Of a DNA stretch of 64,000 nt, positions 42,030 through 53,875 are shown piece after piece. Both the position numbers and the translations under genes were made by a program. Within the stretch, counting starts at the first letter, position 1. Each line of letters opens with the position of its first letter. The notes beneath the pieces are model-generated. The model was not told the DNA's origin, searched no databases, and saw only the letters and a list, made by a program, of their open reading frames with translations. Origin of the DNA: Pseudomonadota bacterium (GTDB taxonomy: Bacteria; Pseudomonadota; Gammaproteobacteria; Acidiferrobacterales; UBA6901); assembly GCA_027364845.1 (NCBI GenBank), contig DAHXOO010000002.1, positions 12,156 to 76,155 of the forward strand, given 5' to 3'.

Positions 42030-43309
42030 AGGTTCTCATCGTGGGTGGCGGCGGGCGCGAACATGCGCTGGCCTGGAAGTCGGCGCAATCCGCCCGCGCC
42101 GAAAAGATCTTCGTCGCACCCGGAAACGCCGGCACCGCACGCGAGGCCAAGTGCGAAAATGTCGCCATCGCTGCGGAAGATGTCGATGGACTGCTGCACT
42201 TTGCGCTTGCCGCCGGGGTCGATCTCACGATCATCGGGCCTGAGGCACCGCTGGTGCTAGGCATCGTCGACCGATTCAGGGCGGCCGGTCTGCGCTGTTT
42301 CGGACCGAGCCGCTCGGCGGCGCAGCTTGAGGGTTCAAAGGTTTTCGCCAAGGATTTCCTGGCGCGCCACTGCATTCCGACCGCTGCCTATGGCAGCTTC
42401 ACCGACGTGGCAAAGGCCGTCGCATACATTGAGCGGATGGGCGCGCCCATCGTCGTCAAAGCCGATGGCCTGGCGGCCGGAAAAGGTGTGATTGTCGCGC
42501 AGACAACGGAAGAAGCGGCGGCGGCGACACGTGCCATGCTCGCGGACAACACGTTCGGCGAAGCCGGCCGGCGCGTGGTGGTCGAAGAGTTTCTGACTGG
42601 GGAAGAAGCGAGCTTCATCGTGATGGTGGACGGCAAGCATGTGCTTGCGCTCGCGACCTCTCAGGACCATAAGCGTTTGCATGATGAGGATCAAGGGCCT
42701 AACACCGGCGGCATGGGTGCATACTCACCGGCACCGGTTGTCACACCGCAGATTCACAACCGCATCCTGCGAGAGGTCATCGAACCCACAGTACGAGGGA
42801 TGACAGATGAAGGCTGTCCTTATACCGGCTTTCTTTACGCCGGTCTCATGATTGCTGCCGACGGCACACCCAAGGTTCTCGAATTCAACTGCCGCTTCGG
42901 AGACCCGGAGACCCAACCTATCATGATGCGCCTGCGCTCGGACCTGCTGTCTCTGGTCGAAGCCGCGGTCGAGGGCCGTCTCGACCGCGCCGAGGCACTG
43001 TGGGATCCGCGCGTGGCGCTGGGCGTGGTCATGGTGGCAGCCGGCTATCCCGGGGCTTACCGCAAAGGCGATGTGATTCATGGCCTGAGCGCGAAAATCG
43101 GACCGGAACAAAAGGTATTTCACGCAGGAACGGTGCTGTCCGGCGACCAGGTGTTGACCCAGGGCGGCCGCGTTCTGTGCGCGACTGCCCTGGGCGCGAA
43201 CGTCGCTGAAGCACAGCGGCGCGCTTACGCGCTCGCACGCAACATCAGTTGGGAGGGCGTACAGTACCGCGCCGATATAGGTCATCGCGCCATCGCCCGC
43301 GGGCTTTAG
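42026..43309 (+). CDS. purD: Phosphoribosylamine-glycine ligase
   Basis: MKVLIVGGGGREHALAWK..., ATP-grasp, 427 aa. Confidence 0.97.
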   Translation: MKVLIVGGGGREHALAWKSAQSARAEKIFVAPGNAGTAREAKCENVAIAAEDVDGLLHFALAAGVDLTIIGPEAPLVLGIVDRFRAAGLRCFGPSRSAAQLEGSKVFAKDFLARHCIPTAAYGSFTDVAKAVAYIERMGAPIVVKADGLAAGKGVIVAQTTEEAAAATRAMLADNTFGEAGRRVVVEEFLTGEEASFIVMVDGKHVLALATSQDHKRLHDEDQGPNTGGMGAYSPAPVVTPQIHNRILREVIEPTVRGMTDEGCPYTGFLYAGLMIAADGTPKVLEFNCRFGDPETQPIMMRLRSDLLSLVEAAVEGRLDRAEALWDPRVALGVVMVAAGYPGAYRKGDVIHGLSAKIGPEQKVFHAGTVLSGDQVLTQGGRVLCATALGANVAEAQRRAYALARNISWEGVQYRADIGHRAIARGL

Positions 43310-43411
43310 TGCGTACTCTTTCACAAGCACGGCCGGACCCGCTGCCCGGCCGTTTCCCTGTATAATCCGGCGTTGCCAACGATGCATATCCAGCACCGGG
43401 AGACAATGTAG

Positions 43412-43918
43412 ATGAGCAAACCTTTCGTAGCGGTTCTGATGGGCTCTGATTCCGACCTGCCGACGATGGAGACAACCGCCGCCGTGCTGGATAAGCTCGC
43501 CGTGCCGTATGAAATAAAGATTACTTCTGCGCACCGCACACCGGATGCCACCCACGCCTATGTCAAGGATGCCGATGCCCGCGGCTGCGCCGTGTTCGTC
43601 GCCGCCGCGGGGCTGGCTGCGCACTTGGCCGGAACCGTCGCCGCGCTCACCATCAAGCCGGTCGTTGGCGTACCCATGGAAGGGGGCCCTCTTAACGGCG
43701 AGGACGCCCTGCTCTCCACTGTGCAGATGCCGGGCGGGATCCCGGTGGCATGCGTGGCGATCGGCAGACATGGGGCGAAGAATGCTGCCTACCTGGCGGC
43801 GCAGATCCTGGCCCTCAACGATCAAGCGCTCGCCAGACGACTGGTGGACGAACGCGCCGCCAATGCCGCCGAGATCATCGCAAAAGACCGGGCGCTGCAG
43901 CTGAAGCGCGGAAAATAA
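43412..43918 (+). CDS. purE: 5-(carboxyamino)imidazole ribonucleotide mutase
   Basis: [14 protein letters not shown] and SAHRTP motifs. Confidence 0.95.
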   Translation: MSKPFVAVLMGSDSDLPTMETTAAVLDKLAVPYEIKITSAHRTPDATHAYVKDADARGCAVFVAAAGLAAHLAGTVAALTIKPVVGVPMEGGPLNGEDALLSTVQMPGGIPVACVAIGRHGAKNAAYLAAQILALNDQALARRLVDERAANAAEIIAKDRALQLKRGK

Positions 43919-43920
43919 TC

Positions 43921-44466
43921 ATGTCGGCGAGCAATCTGCAGCACGCTGCTGCGGTGCTTCGCGCCGGAGGTGTCGTTGCCTACGCCACGGAGGCCGTGTT
44001 CGGCCTGGGCTGTAATCCGCGCAATCGGCGCGCGGTTGAGCGCCTGCGCCGGATCAAGCTACGCAGCACCCGCAAGGGTTTCATTCTGATCGCCGCACAT
44101 CCGGCACAGCTGGCGGCCTACGTCACCAACTTTTCGCCACGTGCGCTCACAAGCTGGCCAGGTCCGCATACCTGGCTGCTGCCAGCGCGCATCCGAATCA
44201 TCCCTTGGGTAACCGGCCGGTCCGCCACCGTAGCCGTCCGGGTGACGGCCCATACTCAGGCGGCAGCGCTGTGCCGCGCCTGTGGCATGGCTATCGTCTC
44301 TACCAGCGCCAACCGCGCCGGCCAGCGTCCGGCACGCAGCCACCGTGATGTGCTGCGCCGATTCGGTCGGCTCATCGATTACGTCCTGCCCGGCCACGTC
44401 GGCGGCTTGAGCCGCCCCACTGCAATCGCCGATGCGGCGACCGGCCGCCTTGTACGCCCCGGCTAG
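43921..44466 (+). CDS. tsaC: L-threonylcarbamoyladenylate synthase (YrdC/TsaC type)
   Basis: VVAYATEAVFGLGCNP and SANRAGQ motifs of the Sua5/YrdC fold. Short, single-domain form of 181 aa. The track start at 43750 overlaps purE. Confidence 0.82.
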   Translation: MSASNLQHAAAVLRAGGVVAYATEAVFGLGCNPRNRRAVERLRRIKLRSTRKGFILIAAHPAQLAAYVTNFSPRALTSWPGPHTWLLPARIRIIPWVTGRSATVAVRVTAHTQAAALCRACGMAIVSTSANRAGQRPARSHRDVLRRFGRLIDYVLPGHVGGLSRPTAIADAATGRLVRPG

Positions 44467-45387
<921 letters not shown>

Positions 45388-45468
45388 CCGGGCCTGGCCA
45401 TTTGGCCGAGGGCGCCGCCGCCACACACGTTCGGCAGCTGCGGGCGAATGCGGTAGATCCACAGCCGC

Positions 45469-46230
45469 CTATGTTTTTTCCTTCTGCAGAAGGTCGCGAA
45501 ACGTGGTAAGGATATCCACGGGCAATGGGAAAACGATGGTCGAAGTCCTTTCACCCGCAATAGTCACCAGGGTCTGCAGGTAGCGCAGCTGCAGAGCCTG
45601 CGGGCTCTGACTGATGAGTTGCGCCGCCTGCACCAGCTTTTCCGCCGCCTGGAATTCGCCCTCGGCATTGATCACCTTGGCGCGCCGCTGACGCTCAGCC
45701 TCAGCCTGCTGCGAAATGGCGCGCACCAGAGTGGGGTCGATATCCACGTGCTTGATCTCGACATTCGCCACTTTGATGCCCCAGGCGTCGGTCGCGGCGT
45801 CGAGGATTTTCTGGATGTCGGCATTGAGCTTGTCACGCTCGGCCAGCATCTCGTCCAGCTCGTGCTTGCCGAGCACGCTGCGCAGGGTCGTCTGGGCAAG
45901 CTGGCTGGTTGCAGCGTAGTAATCCTCGACCTGAATAATGGCACGCTGCGGCTCTATCACGCGGAAGTAGACAACGGCGCTGACTTTCACCGAGACGTTA
46001 TCGCGCGATATCACGTCCTGTGGCGGCACTTCGAACACGATGGTGCGCAGATCCACCTTTACCAGCTGCTGGATGACGGGAATGACCAGGACCATCCCCG
46101 GTCCCTTGACCTTCCAGAACCGCCCCAGCAGAAACACCACACCACGCTCGTATTCACGCAGGATGCGCATCGCCGAAAGCAGCAATACCAGCACTACCAG
46201 GACTATGACGACTAATGACAGGAATTCCAT
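45469..46230 (-). CDS. SPFH/band-7 (stomatin-like) protein
   Basis: N-terminal TM helix followed by an SPFH core ([16 protein letters not shown]...). The start at 46230 sits 1 nt after the nfeD stop; 46248 is an alternative. Confidence 0.9.
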   Translation of the reverse strand: MEFLSLVVIVLVVLVLLLSAMRILREYERGVVFLLGRFWKVKGPGMVLVIPVIQQLVKVDLRTIVFEVPPQDVISRDNVSVKVSAVVYFRVIEPQRAIIQVEDYYAATSQLAQTTLRSVLGKHELDEMLAERDKLNADIQKILDAATDAWGIKVANVEIKHVDIDPTLVRAISQQAEAERQRRAKVINAEGEFQAAEKLVQAAQLISQSPQALQLRYLQTLVTIAGERTSTIVFPLPVDILTTFRDLLQKEKT

Positions 46231-46231
46231 G

Positions 46232-47599
46232 CTAGGTGACTCCCCCATCGAATGGTTCTACCAGCAATACCAGACCTTCCATGCCCACCACCCTGACTTT
46301 CTGGCCGGAGGCCAGCGGTTGGTGCGTGCGTGCCTGCCACTCCTCGCTGTGCACCCGCACCCGTCCATCGGTCTTGAAGGTGGCCAGTGCCTCACCGACC
46401 GCGCCGATCATCTGTTCTCGTCCGCTCACAATTGGGCGCCGGCGCGCCTTCAGCGCCAGCGTAACCACCGTCATGAAGAACGCCGCGCTCAACAATGCCA
46501 CGCCACCGACCAACCACCATGATGGGCCGAAACCTGGCGATGCCGCATCCAGCAACATCACCGAGCCGACGACGAACGCAGAGATCCCGCCCAGCCCGAG
46601 CACGCCGAAGCTCGGCAGGAATACTTCGGCCACCATCATGCCAATGCCCAGCAATATCAGCCCCAGGCCGGCGAAACTCACTGGCAGGACCTGGAATGCG
46701 AACAAGGCCAGAAGCAGGGATATTGCCCCGATCACACCGGGGAAAACGAGACCGGGATGCCACATCTCGAAGAATAGGCCGTAGATCCCGAGCAGCATCA
46801 GAATATAGGCCATATTCGGATCGGTAATCACCGACAGCAGGCGGTTTCGCCAGTCGGGCTGGAAGCGAACCACGTGCGCGCCCACGGTATCCAGGGTGAT
46901 CGAACCACCCGGCACACTGACCGCGCGTCCGTTGATCTTGGCAAGCAGGTCGGGAACATTCCGGGCAACCAGATCGATGACCCGCAGATTGAGCGCTTCC
47001 TCCGCAGGCAGGCTGACCGCCTGGCGCACGGCTTTTACCGCCCAGACGGCATTGCGCCCACGTAGCTGCGCCAGACTGCGTATGTAGGCAGCGGCATCGT
47101 TGACGGTCTTGCGGGTTTCAGTGCTTTCGTGCGACTCCGGTGCACTCGATTTCCCGCTGCTGCCGGCCTTCGGTGCCTTTCCGCCGCCGGATCCAGGCAG
47201 GGTGCCGATCTCTATCGGAGTGGCGGCGCCGAGGTTGGTGGCGGGCGCCATGACGGCAATGTTGCAGGCGTAGAGGATGTAGGTGCCGGCGCTGGCCGCA
47301 CGCGCCCCGCTTGGCGCAACGAAACCGACCACCGGCACGGGCGAGGCAAGAATGTCGCGTATGATCCGGCGCATGGCGAGGTCCAGACCACCCGGCGTAT
47401 CCATGCGCAGCACGATAAGCACGGCATTCAGCTTTCTGGCACGCTCCAGCCCGCGGTGTACATAGTCACTGGTGGCCGGACCTATGGGTCCGTCGATGTC
47501 CAGCTGCACCACAATTCTGTCCGACGCCATGACAGCCCCGGGAAGAAACACCGGCAAGGCGACAAGCACACACAAGACCAGCAGGCCTGGGCGCGACAT
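46232..47599 (-). CDS. nfeD: NfeD-family membrane-bound serine protease (ClpP-like domain plus TM region plus C-terminal OB domain)
   Basis: Signal peptide, a ClpP-class domain ([13 protein letters not shown]), multiple TM helices, and a classic operon partner of the downstream SPFH gene. Confidence 0.88.
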   Translation of the reverse strand: MSRPGLLVLCVLVALPVFLPGAVMASDRIVVQLDIDGPIGPATSDYVHRGLERARKLNAVLIVLRMDTPGGLDLAMRRIIRDILASPVPVVGFVAPSGARAASAGTYILYACNIAVMAPATNLGAATPIEIGTLPGSGGGKAPKAGSSGKSSAPESHESTETRKTVNDAAAYIRSLAQLRGRNAVWAVKAVRQAVSLPAEEALNLRVIDLVARNVPDLLAKINGRAVSVPGGSITLDTVGAHVVRFQPDWRNRLLSVITDPNMAYILMLLGIYGLFFEMWHPGLVFPGVIGAISLLLALFAFQVLPVSFAGLGLILLGIGMMVAEVFLPSFGVLGLGGISAFVVGSVMLLDAASPGFGPSWWLVGGVALLSAAFFMTVVTLALKARRRPIVSGREQMIGAVGEALATFKTDGRVRVHSEEWQARTHQPLASGQKVRVVGMEGLVLLVEPFDGGVT

Positions 47600-47880
47600 A
47601 GCGCTACATTACCAGCATTACCAAACGATGAGTAGAAAGAGTTCCGGGTATTCTGATTTGAACGGGCTTGAGCCGTCCAACCTGCCGGATTCGATTTACC
47701 GGGTCAGTGTACTGACGTCCTCACCCGGCCTTTAAGGACGGAGATTCCTGCGGCACGGTACAAAGGACGGCGACGAGCACACGCAGCGTGCTGCCGCGGG
47801 CCCGGGTTTTCTCGAAATCACGGCACAGCCCTCGACGAGCGTCCGCGCGCTTCAGCTGCAGGGCCAGCGGCGTAATCCAG

Positions 47881-48519
47881 TCAACGGCACCGGTCAGTCC
47901 TGGCCAGGTAGGACAAAATGAAGTCCAGTACTTCGAAGCGATCGTACGCCTCCTGCAGGCTCTGCCCCCAGACTGTCGCGCCATGCGCACGGACCATCAG
48001 GGCGGAAACTGCAGGAACCGCCTCGCTGAAACGCCGACGAATTGCCTCGGCGATTTGCTCGACGTCCAGGCTGTTTTCGAACAGTGGCAGCCTGACTTGC
48101 GGATCCTGCTCCCAGATGCCGAGCCCCTTAAGCATCTCGAGCGGCGGCAAGTTCAGGCTTTCCGAGCGCAGCTCGGCGTGGTCTGCTGCCAGGCACGCCT
48201 CCACACTGTGCCCGTGAAGACAGGCTCCGGCGTCGGGAAACAGCGCATAAATGATGCGATGGACGCAAGTCTCGGCCGATGGTCTGTCCTGAGGCGTGAG
48301 CCGCTCGATCACGGCGCCGTCGACGATCCGGATCAGCAGAAAATCCGATTCCTGCATGCCACCCTTCGGCTTGCCGCTGGCAGAAATCCAGAAGTGCTCT
48401 CCATCAGCACGCGCACTGAGGTTGCCGGAGGTGCCAGACATCCAGCCGCGCGCGTGGAAATCACGCGCGATATCGACGAGCGCAGAGCGCGGCGGGCGGC
48501 TGTCGAACAGGTGTGCCAT
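47881..48519 (-). CDS. mtnB: Methylthioribulose-1-phosphate dehydratase (class II aldolase fold)
   Basis: GWMSGTSGNLS and HGHS... motifs, adjacent to mtnD. Confidence 0.82.
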   Translation of the reverse strand: MAHLFDSRPPRSALVDIARDFHARGWMSGTSGNLSARADGEHFWISASGKPKGGMQESDFLLIRIVDGAVIERLTPQDRPSAETCVHRIIYALFPDAGACLHGHSVEACLAADHAELRSESLNLPPLEMLKGLGIWEQDPQVRLPLFENSLDVEQIAEAIRRRFSEAVPAVSALMVRAHGATVWGQSLQEAYDRFEVLDFILSYLARTDRCR

Positions 48520-48546
48520 GGGGCGGCAGTCAGACCGACAAGAACG

Positions 48547-49104
48547 TCACTCGAATGCGGCCAGCGCGCGCTCCGTGTATACCGGCGCCCAGCCCGAGGT
48601 ATCGATGAAGTAGCGCACTGCCTTGATGCGTTGCGAGTCCTTCATCTCAAACCAGTGCTCGGCGTTGGCCGGAACGTTGATGTAGTCACAGGCATTGACC
48701 TCGAGTAAGAACTGCTCGCCATCCGGCTCCACAAACCCGAAGTAACCGCGGCCGGCGACGACGTAGCGCACTTCATCATCGGTGTGGTAGTGGATTCTCT
48801 CAAACTTGGCGAGCATATCGGCCAAGCCCGGCACATCCTCGTGGATCACAACCATGTCGCGGGTGGTGTAGCCGTTGGAACGCTTGAGTTCTTCGAAGCG
48901 ATCATCCACGGACTCCAACAGCCGCGCCTTTTCCGCCTCGTCGAGAGCCTTCTTGCCGAGCAATGCACGCATTTCCGGATCCGCGGGCGCCGCCCACGAG
49001 TTGAGCACAACACCCAGGCGCGCCAGTCGGCGTTGGATCGCGGCAAAGTCCGTGGTTTCGGTTCCGTCGGAAGAAATGATCTTGGCCATTCCAGGGTTCT
49101 CCAT
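48547..49104 (-). CDS. mtnD: Acireductone dioxygenase (ARD, cupin)
   Basis: HYHTDDEVRYVVAGRGYF and NVPANAEHWF cupin metal ligands of the ARD family. An alternative start is at 49089. Confidence 0.87.
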   Translation of the reverse strand: MENPGMAKIISSDGTETTDFAAIQRRLARLGVVLNSWAAPADPEMRALLGKKALDEAEKARLLESVDDRFEELKRSNGYTTRDMVVIHEDVPGLADMLAKFERIHYHTDDEVRYVVAGRGYFGFVEPDGEQFLLEVNACDYINVPANAEHWFEMKDSQRIKAVRYFIDTSGWAPVYTERALAAFE

Positions 49105-49138
49105 AGCAGGTGTTGTCGTAACTACTGCGCGCCAACAA

Positions 49139-50563
49139 TCATCCGATCACCGGCTTCTCCCGTTGCTTGTACCGGTGCGATGGGCCACGCTTCGACCGCG
49201 GCAACTCGACCTCGGATGCAGCTGTTTTCGGGACCAAAGGCGCCGCAGGGGGCGTCTGCTCTCGGACAACACTGTCCGGTCGTGGTGCGTCGTGCCGCCG
49301 CGGGCGGTCCGGTCCACGTTTCCGCGGCCGCGAGTCACGGTGACCCGAACGCTCGCGGCTGCGATCCACCCAGCCTACGGGCCGCTCGAGCACGGGCAGC
49401 AGGTCGTCGCTCACGCGCTCGACCGGAATTTTGTGCCCAATGTACTGCTCGATGTCCATCAACGAAAACGCGTATTCCTCGCAGGCAAAGCTGATGGCGT
49501 CACCGCTCGCACCGGCACGCGCAGTGCGCCCGATGCGGTGCACGTAATCCTCGGCGTCCTGCGGCAGATCGAAGTTGAACACGTGACTCACGTCCGGAAT
49601 GTGCAACCCGCGGGCCGCGACATCGGTTGCGACCAGTATCGGCAGCCTTCCCTCCTGGAACTCGCGCAACAAGTGCTGGCGCTTGGTCTGAGGCACGTCA
49701 CCCGATAGCACTTCGGCATTGAAACCGTTTGCCGACAACCACGCCCGAAGCCGTTCTGCCGCGCCCTTGGTGTTGGTGAACACCAGACTGCGCCTCGGAT
49801 CGGTTCGCCGCAACAGACCCACGAGCAGCGGGATCTTTTCCTCGTTGGCAGTGTGGTAAAGCGCTTCGGTCACCTTGTCCGCGGTAATCTTGTCCGGCTC
49901 TATCTTGATGAGCCGCGGGTTGTTCATATGCTCGTATGCGAGTTCGGTAACACGATAGGACAGCGTCGCGGAGAACAGCATGCCCAGGCGCTGATCAGGC
50001 GGCGGCATCCGGCGCAGCAGGTAGCGAATGTCCTTGATGAAACCGAGGTCAAACATGCGGTCGGCCTCATCCAGTACCATGACCTGGACCGCATCAAGTC
50101 CGAAAAAATGCTGTTTGAAGTAATCGATCATGCGCCCGGGCGTTCCGACCAGCACGTCCACACCCTGCTCTAGGGCACGGCGCTGGGATTCGTATCCGGT
50201 GCCACCGTAGACCAGAACTAGCCGGAAACCGGTGTGCGCACCCAACAGTTCGGCATCCTTGTGGATCTGTATGGCCAGCTCACGGGTGGGGGCGAGAATT
50301 ACGACCCGCGGCTGATTAGCGCGCCGGGTCTGGGCTGCCGGATGCGTCAAGAGATGGCTGAATGCCGCTAACAGGAATGCCGCGGTCTTGCCGGTGCCGG
50401 TTTGCGCCTGGCCGGCCACATCGTGACCGGCCAGCGCCAGCGGCAGGGCCGCAGCTTGGATCGGAGTACAATATTCAAATCCGAGATCGCGGACACCGCG
50501 CAGCAGGGGTTCTGCTAGGCTCAGGTCGGCAAATCGCCGGTCGGTAGGGTATTGTGCGCTCAT
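49139..50563 (-). CDS. rhlB: DEAD-box ATP-dependent RNA helicase (RhlB-like, Arg-rich C-terminal tail)
   Basis: Q-motif/[24 protein letters not shown] and [10 protein letters not shown] motifs. It is divergent from trxA-rho, as in enterobacterial synteny. Confidence 0.88.
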   Translation of the reverse strand: MSAQYPTDRRFADLSLAEPLLRGVRDLGFEYCTPIQAAALPLALAGHDVAGQAQTGTGKTAAFLLAAFSHLLTHPAAQTRRANQPRVVILAPTRELAIQIHKDAELLGAHTGFRLVLVYGGTGYESQRRALEQGVDVLVGTPGRMIDYFKQHFFGLDAVQVMVLDEADRMFDLGFIKDIRYLLRRMPPPDQRLGMLFSATLSYRVTELAYEHMNNPRLIKIEPDKITADKVTEALYHTANEEKIPLLVGLLRRTDPRRSLVFTNTKGAAERLRAWLSANGFNAEVLSGDVPQTKRQHLLREFQEGRLPILVATDVAARGLHIPDVSHVFNFDLPQDAEDYVHRIGRTARAGASGDAISFACEEYAFSLMDIEQYIGHKIPVERVSDDLLPVLERPVGWVDRSRERSGHRDSRPRKRGPDRPRRHDAPRPDSVVREQTPPAAPLVPKTAASEVELPRSKRGPSHRYKQREKPVIG

Positions 50564-50766
50564 TGATGGTGCGCCAAGGATAACAGGAAATGACCGCCTT
50601 GGGGATAAGAGTTCGGGGAATCGGGCTCAAATCCACCGATTTTTGGCCCTGTCCTTGAATTGGCAGGGCGAATCCGCTCAAAATACCACACGCTCGGCAT
50701 TCGGCAGCGGAACACCCGGCTGCCATGCGGTAACCCATCCCACAGTCACTTCGGAGACAAGCGACC

Positions 50767-51093
50767 ATGAGTCAAGGCATCAGTCACGTTACGGACAGCT
50801 CTTTCGAGCAGGAGGTGCTCAAAGCGCCTGGGCCGGTTTTGGTCGATTTCTGGGCGGAGTGGTGCGGGCCCTGCAAAATGATAGCGCCGGTGCTTGAGGA
50901 GATCTCGGGAGAGTATGCGGGCAAGCTCAAGATCACCAAGCTCAACATCGACGAAAATCCGGCGACACCCCCAAAATACGGTATTCGCGGCATTCCGACG
51001 CTGATGCTCTTCAAGAACGGCAACGTAGAAGCGACCAAAGTCGGCGCCGTCTCGAAATCGCAACTGTCGGCTTTCATCGACGGCAATCTGTGA
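50767..51093 (+). CDS. trxA: Thioredoxin 1
   Basis: 108 aa with the WAEWCGPCK active site. Confidence 0.97.
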   Translation: MSQGISHVTDSSFEQEVLKAPGPVLVDFWAEWCGPCKMIAPVLEEISGEYAGKLKITKLNIDENPATPPKYGIRGIPTLMLFKNGNVEATKVGAVSKSQLSAFIDGNL

Positions 51094-51167
51094 CGGCCCG
51101 TCCGACACAGGAAGTATTTTCCAATCCTTAGCTGAGTCTGGGAGCGGCGTCAGCGAGTCATTCTTAA

Positions 51168-51919
51168 TCAACCGGATTTGAGATCCTGTTCACGAGTCGC
51201 AAGGAACAGCTTATGACGGGCTCTCTGGAGACGTTCCGCCGGACCTGCGTCTTGCCCGCCGGGCGAGCGTTGCAGGGGGCCAATCCGGTCTCGTTAGCAG
51301 GTAGCGACTTGAGTTGGTCGTAGGGCGTCATCATCGGTTCATAGCGCTCGCGCCGCTTTAATTTTTCGCGTGCATGGGTCTCGGGGGGAGAAGCAGGGGA
51401 TAGTGGTGATTCACGGAGGGATTGAGGTGCTGCTGACTGAAGATATTGATCAGCCTGGCAAAGTGGTTCGGGATATGGCTGTCGCCGAAGATCTTTCGGA
51501 CCACAGCCCCGTTCTTGTTCTTCGCCAAGACATGGGCCTTGGATTGTCATTAGTGCAGTTCGGTGGACTCAATGAGAAGTTTTTCGAGCGGATCTGATAA
51601 CCTGTTTGTTAATGTATTCCGAACCGTGATATTTTTAGAAGCGATTGTGGAATCACTGTCACGGCGTGTTGATTGAACTGTCCGATGGAGCGTGAAAAAA
51701 GTACGCGGTACTGTCCGATCAATCGGGTGAGCTGCTGCCGGGAATAGTCGCCAACCCGCATCAGGGACCGGATGAGTGTGTTTTGAATCCATTGGTAGCG
51801 AGCCGCCGGGTATTGGACAGGAACTCGGCCCGCTGATCAAAGGGGGTGAAGTCATCGAGACTCATGCGGACTTTCACCTCTCTACCATAAACAGCGGCCA
51901 AGACCGGTTTCAGACTCAT
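51168..51919 (-). pseudogene. Decayed rve/DDE-type transposase (frameshifted, internally deleted)
   Basis: My own translation of the minus strand gives three fragments. (1) An N-terminal piece MSLKPV...SLDDFTPFDQRAEFL, then after a frameshift MRVGDYSRQQLTRLIGQYR (HTH-like). (2) A post-catalytic piece KNKNGAVVRKIFGDSHIPNHFARLINIFSQQHLNPSVNHHYP. (3) A C-terminal piece RERYEPMMTPYDQLKSLP, then after a frameshift ERLQRARHKLF. These lie in at least three frames and span only about 750 bp, so the DDE core is missing. Confidence 0.6.
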
Positions 51920-52131
51920 TTCATACAGGAAAAAGCACAGGCTAGACGACGACCGAAACAGGTGCTATGGTAGTTGCTCAAGAATCGAATAATTCCTTTT
52001 GAGTTTTCCAACTCCAATTAGTTAGGTTTAAGCCCTTTTTTTCAACCCATAGGGCTGCCGCCGTTGGGCCAGCCCGTCCTGTGCCCTCCCTATGTACCCA
52101 GCTTCTACCTACCGATCCGACCCAGAGACTT

Positions 52132-53388
52132 ATGAACCTTTCAGAACTGAAGAAAAAACCCGCCACTGAACTGGTCGACATGGCCACGGCCATGGACCTG
52201 GAAGGTGGCAGCCGGCTGCGCAAGCAAGACCTGATATTCGCGCTGCTGAAGGCCCAAGCAAAGAAGGGAGAAGATATCACCGGCGAGGGCGTGGTTGAGA
52301 TCCTGCAGGACGGGTTCGGCTTCCTGCGGTCTGCCGACAGCTCCTATCTGGCCGGTCCCGACGACATCTACGTTTCGCCATCCCAGATTCGGCGCTTCAA
52401 CCTGCGCACCGGCGACACGGTAAGCGGTACCATCCGGCCGCCCAAGGAGTCGGAACGATACTTCGCGCTGCTCAAGGTGGACCAGGTCAATTACCAGTCC
52501 CCGGAAGAAGCCAAGAACAAGGTGTTGTTCGAGAACCTTACCCCACTGCATCCGAATCGCCGGCTCATGCTTGAGCGCGACAATGCATCGACCGAGAACC
52601 TCACTGGCCGGGTCATCGACTTGATCGCCCCCATCGGCATGGGACAGCGCGGCCTGATCGTCTCATCGCCGAAGAGCGGTAAGACGGTCATGCTGCAAAA
52701 CATCGCCCATTCCATCACCGCCAACCATCCGGAGTGCCTGCTGATTGTCCTGTTGATCGATGAGCGCCCGGAAGAAGTGACGGAAATGCAGCGCTCGGTG
52801 CGCGGCGAAGTGATTTCTTCGACTTTTGACGAGCCCGCTACCCGTCACGTGCAGGTCGCCGAGATGGTGATAGAGAAAGCCAAGCGGCTGGTGGAGCACA
52901 AACGCGATGTGATCATCCTGCTTGATTCGATCACGCGCCTGGCGCGAGCCTACAACACCGTCGTACCCGCTTCAGGAAAGGTACTTACCGGCGGTGTCGA
53001 CGCCAACGCACTGCAACGACCGAAACGGTTCTTCGGTGCGGCGCGCAATATCGAAGAAGGTGGCAGCCTGACCATCCTTGCCACGGCCCTGATCGAGACC
53101 GGTTCCAAAATGGACGACGTCATCTACGAGGAGTTCAAAGGCACGGGTAACATGGAGATCCATCTTGACCGCAGGCTTTCGGAAAAGCGCGTCTACCCGG
53201 CCATTAACATCAACCGTTCCGGCACGCGCCGCGAGGAACTTTTGATCGAGCCGGCGGAGCTGCAGAAAATGTGGATACTACGCAAACTGTTGCACCCGAT
53301 GGACGACATGGAGGCTTCCGAATTCCTGCTCGACAAGATGCGGTCGACCAAGAACAACGCCGAATTCTTTGATTCCATGAGGCGCTGA
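52132..53388 (+). CDS. rho: Transcription termination factor Rho
   Basis: [18 protein letters not shown]... is collinear with enterobacterial Rho through to the C-terminus. The track start at 52081 is upstream of the conserved N-terminus. Confidence 0.98.
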   Translation: MNLSELKKKPATELVDMATAMDLEGGSRLRKQDLIFALLKAQAKKGEDITGEGVVEILQDGFGFLRSADSSYLAGPDDIYVSPSQIRRFNLRTGDTVSGTIRPPKESERYFALLKVDQVNYQSPEEAKNKVLFENLTPLHPNRRLMLERDNASTENLTGRVIDLIAPIGMGQRGLIVSSPKSGKTVMLQNIAHSITANHPECLLIVLLIDERPEEVTEMQRSVRGEVISSTFDEPATRHVQVAEMVIEKAKRLVEHKRDVIILLDSITRLARAYNTVVPASGKVLTGGVDANALQRPKRFFGAARNIEEGGSLTILATALIETGSKMDDVIYEEFKGTGNMEIHLDRRLSEKRVYPAININRSGTRREELLIEPAELQKMWILRKLLHPMDDMEASEFLLDKMRSTKNNAEFFDSMRR

Positions 53389-53471
53389 GCCGGGCTTGCG
53401 TCGCATCCGAGTTTTGCTTAAGATGCACGCCCCTCGGGGTCTTCCAACCCGCCCGGAGCAAAGGTAAACCC

Positions 53472-53684
53472 ATGAAAACTGGCATACATCCCGAATACAA
53501 GGAAATCCAGGTGGCCTGTGCCTGCGGTAACATCTTTACGACCCGCTCCACGCTCGGCCACAACCTGCAGATTGAAGTCTGCGCGAGCTGCCATCCCTTT
53601 TATACCGGCAAGCAGAAGATTGTTGACAGCGGCGGGCGGGTGGAGAAATTCCGCCAGAAATACGGAATGGGCACGAAGCGTTAG
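53472..53684 (+). CDS. rpmE: 50S ribosomal protein L31 (Zn-binding type A)
   Basis: [20 protein letters not shown]...[13 protein letters not shown]. Confidence 0.97.
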   Translation: MKTGIHPEYKEIQVACACGNIFTTRSTLGHNLQIEVCASCHPFYTGKQKIVDSGGRVEKFRQKYGMGTKR

Positions 53685-53710
53685 CGGTGAAAATTCCCCT
53701 ACAGACATCA

Positions 53711-53736
53711 AAAAGGCGCCGGACGGCGCCTTTTTG
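53711..53736 (+). terminator. Rho-independent terminator of rpmE
   Basis: AAAAGGCGCC-GGAC-GGCGCCTTTTT. Confidence 0.85.
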
Positions 53737-53875
53737 CTTTGGATCCGAAGGAGGCCAAGGTCCAACCAGGTCTGCAGCGACAGGATGGTGGCCCATCACG
53801 CGTGACTGAAATCGCCCGCTGCGGCGGCGCGCTCCAGCATATCGATGCTTTTTAATTCATCTGGTTCGGAAACAT

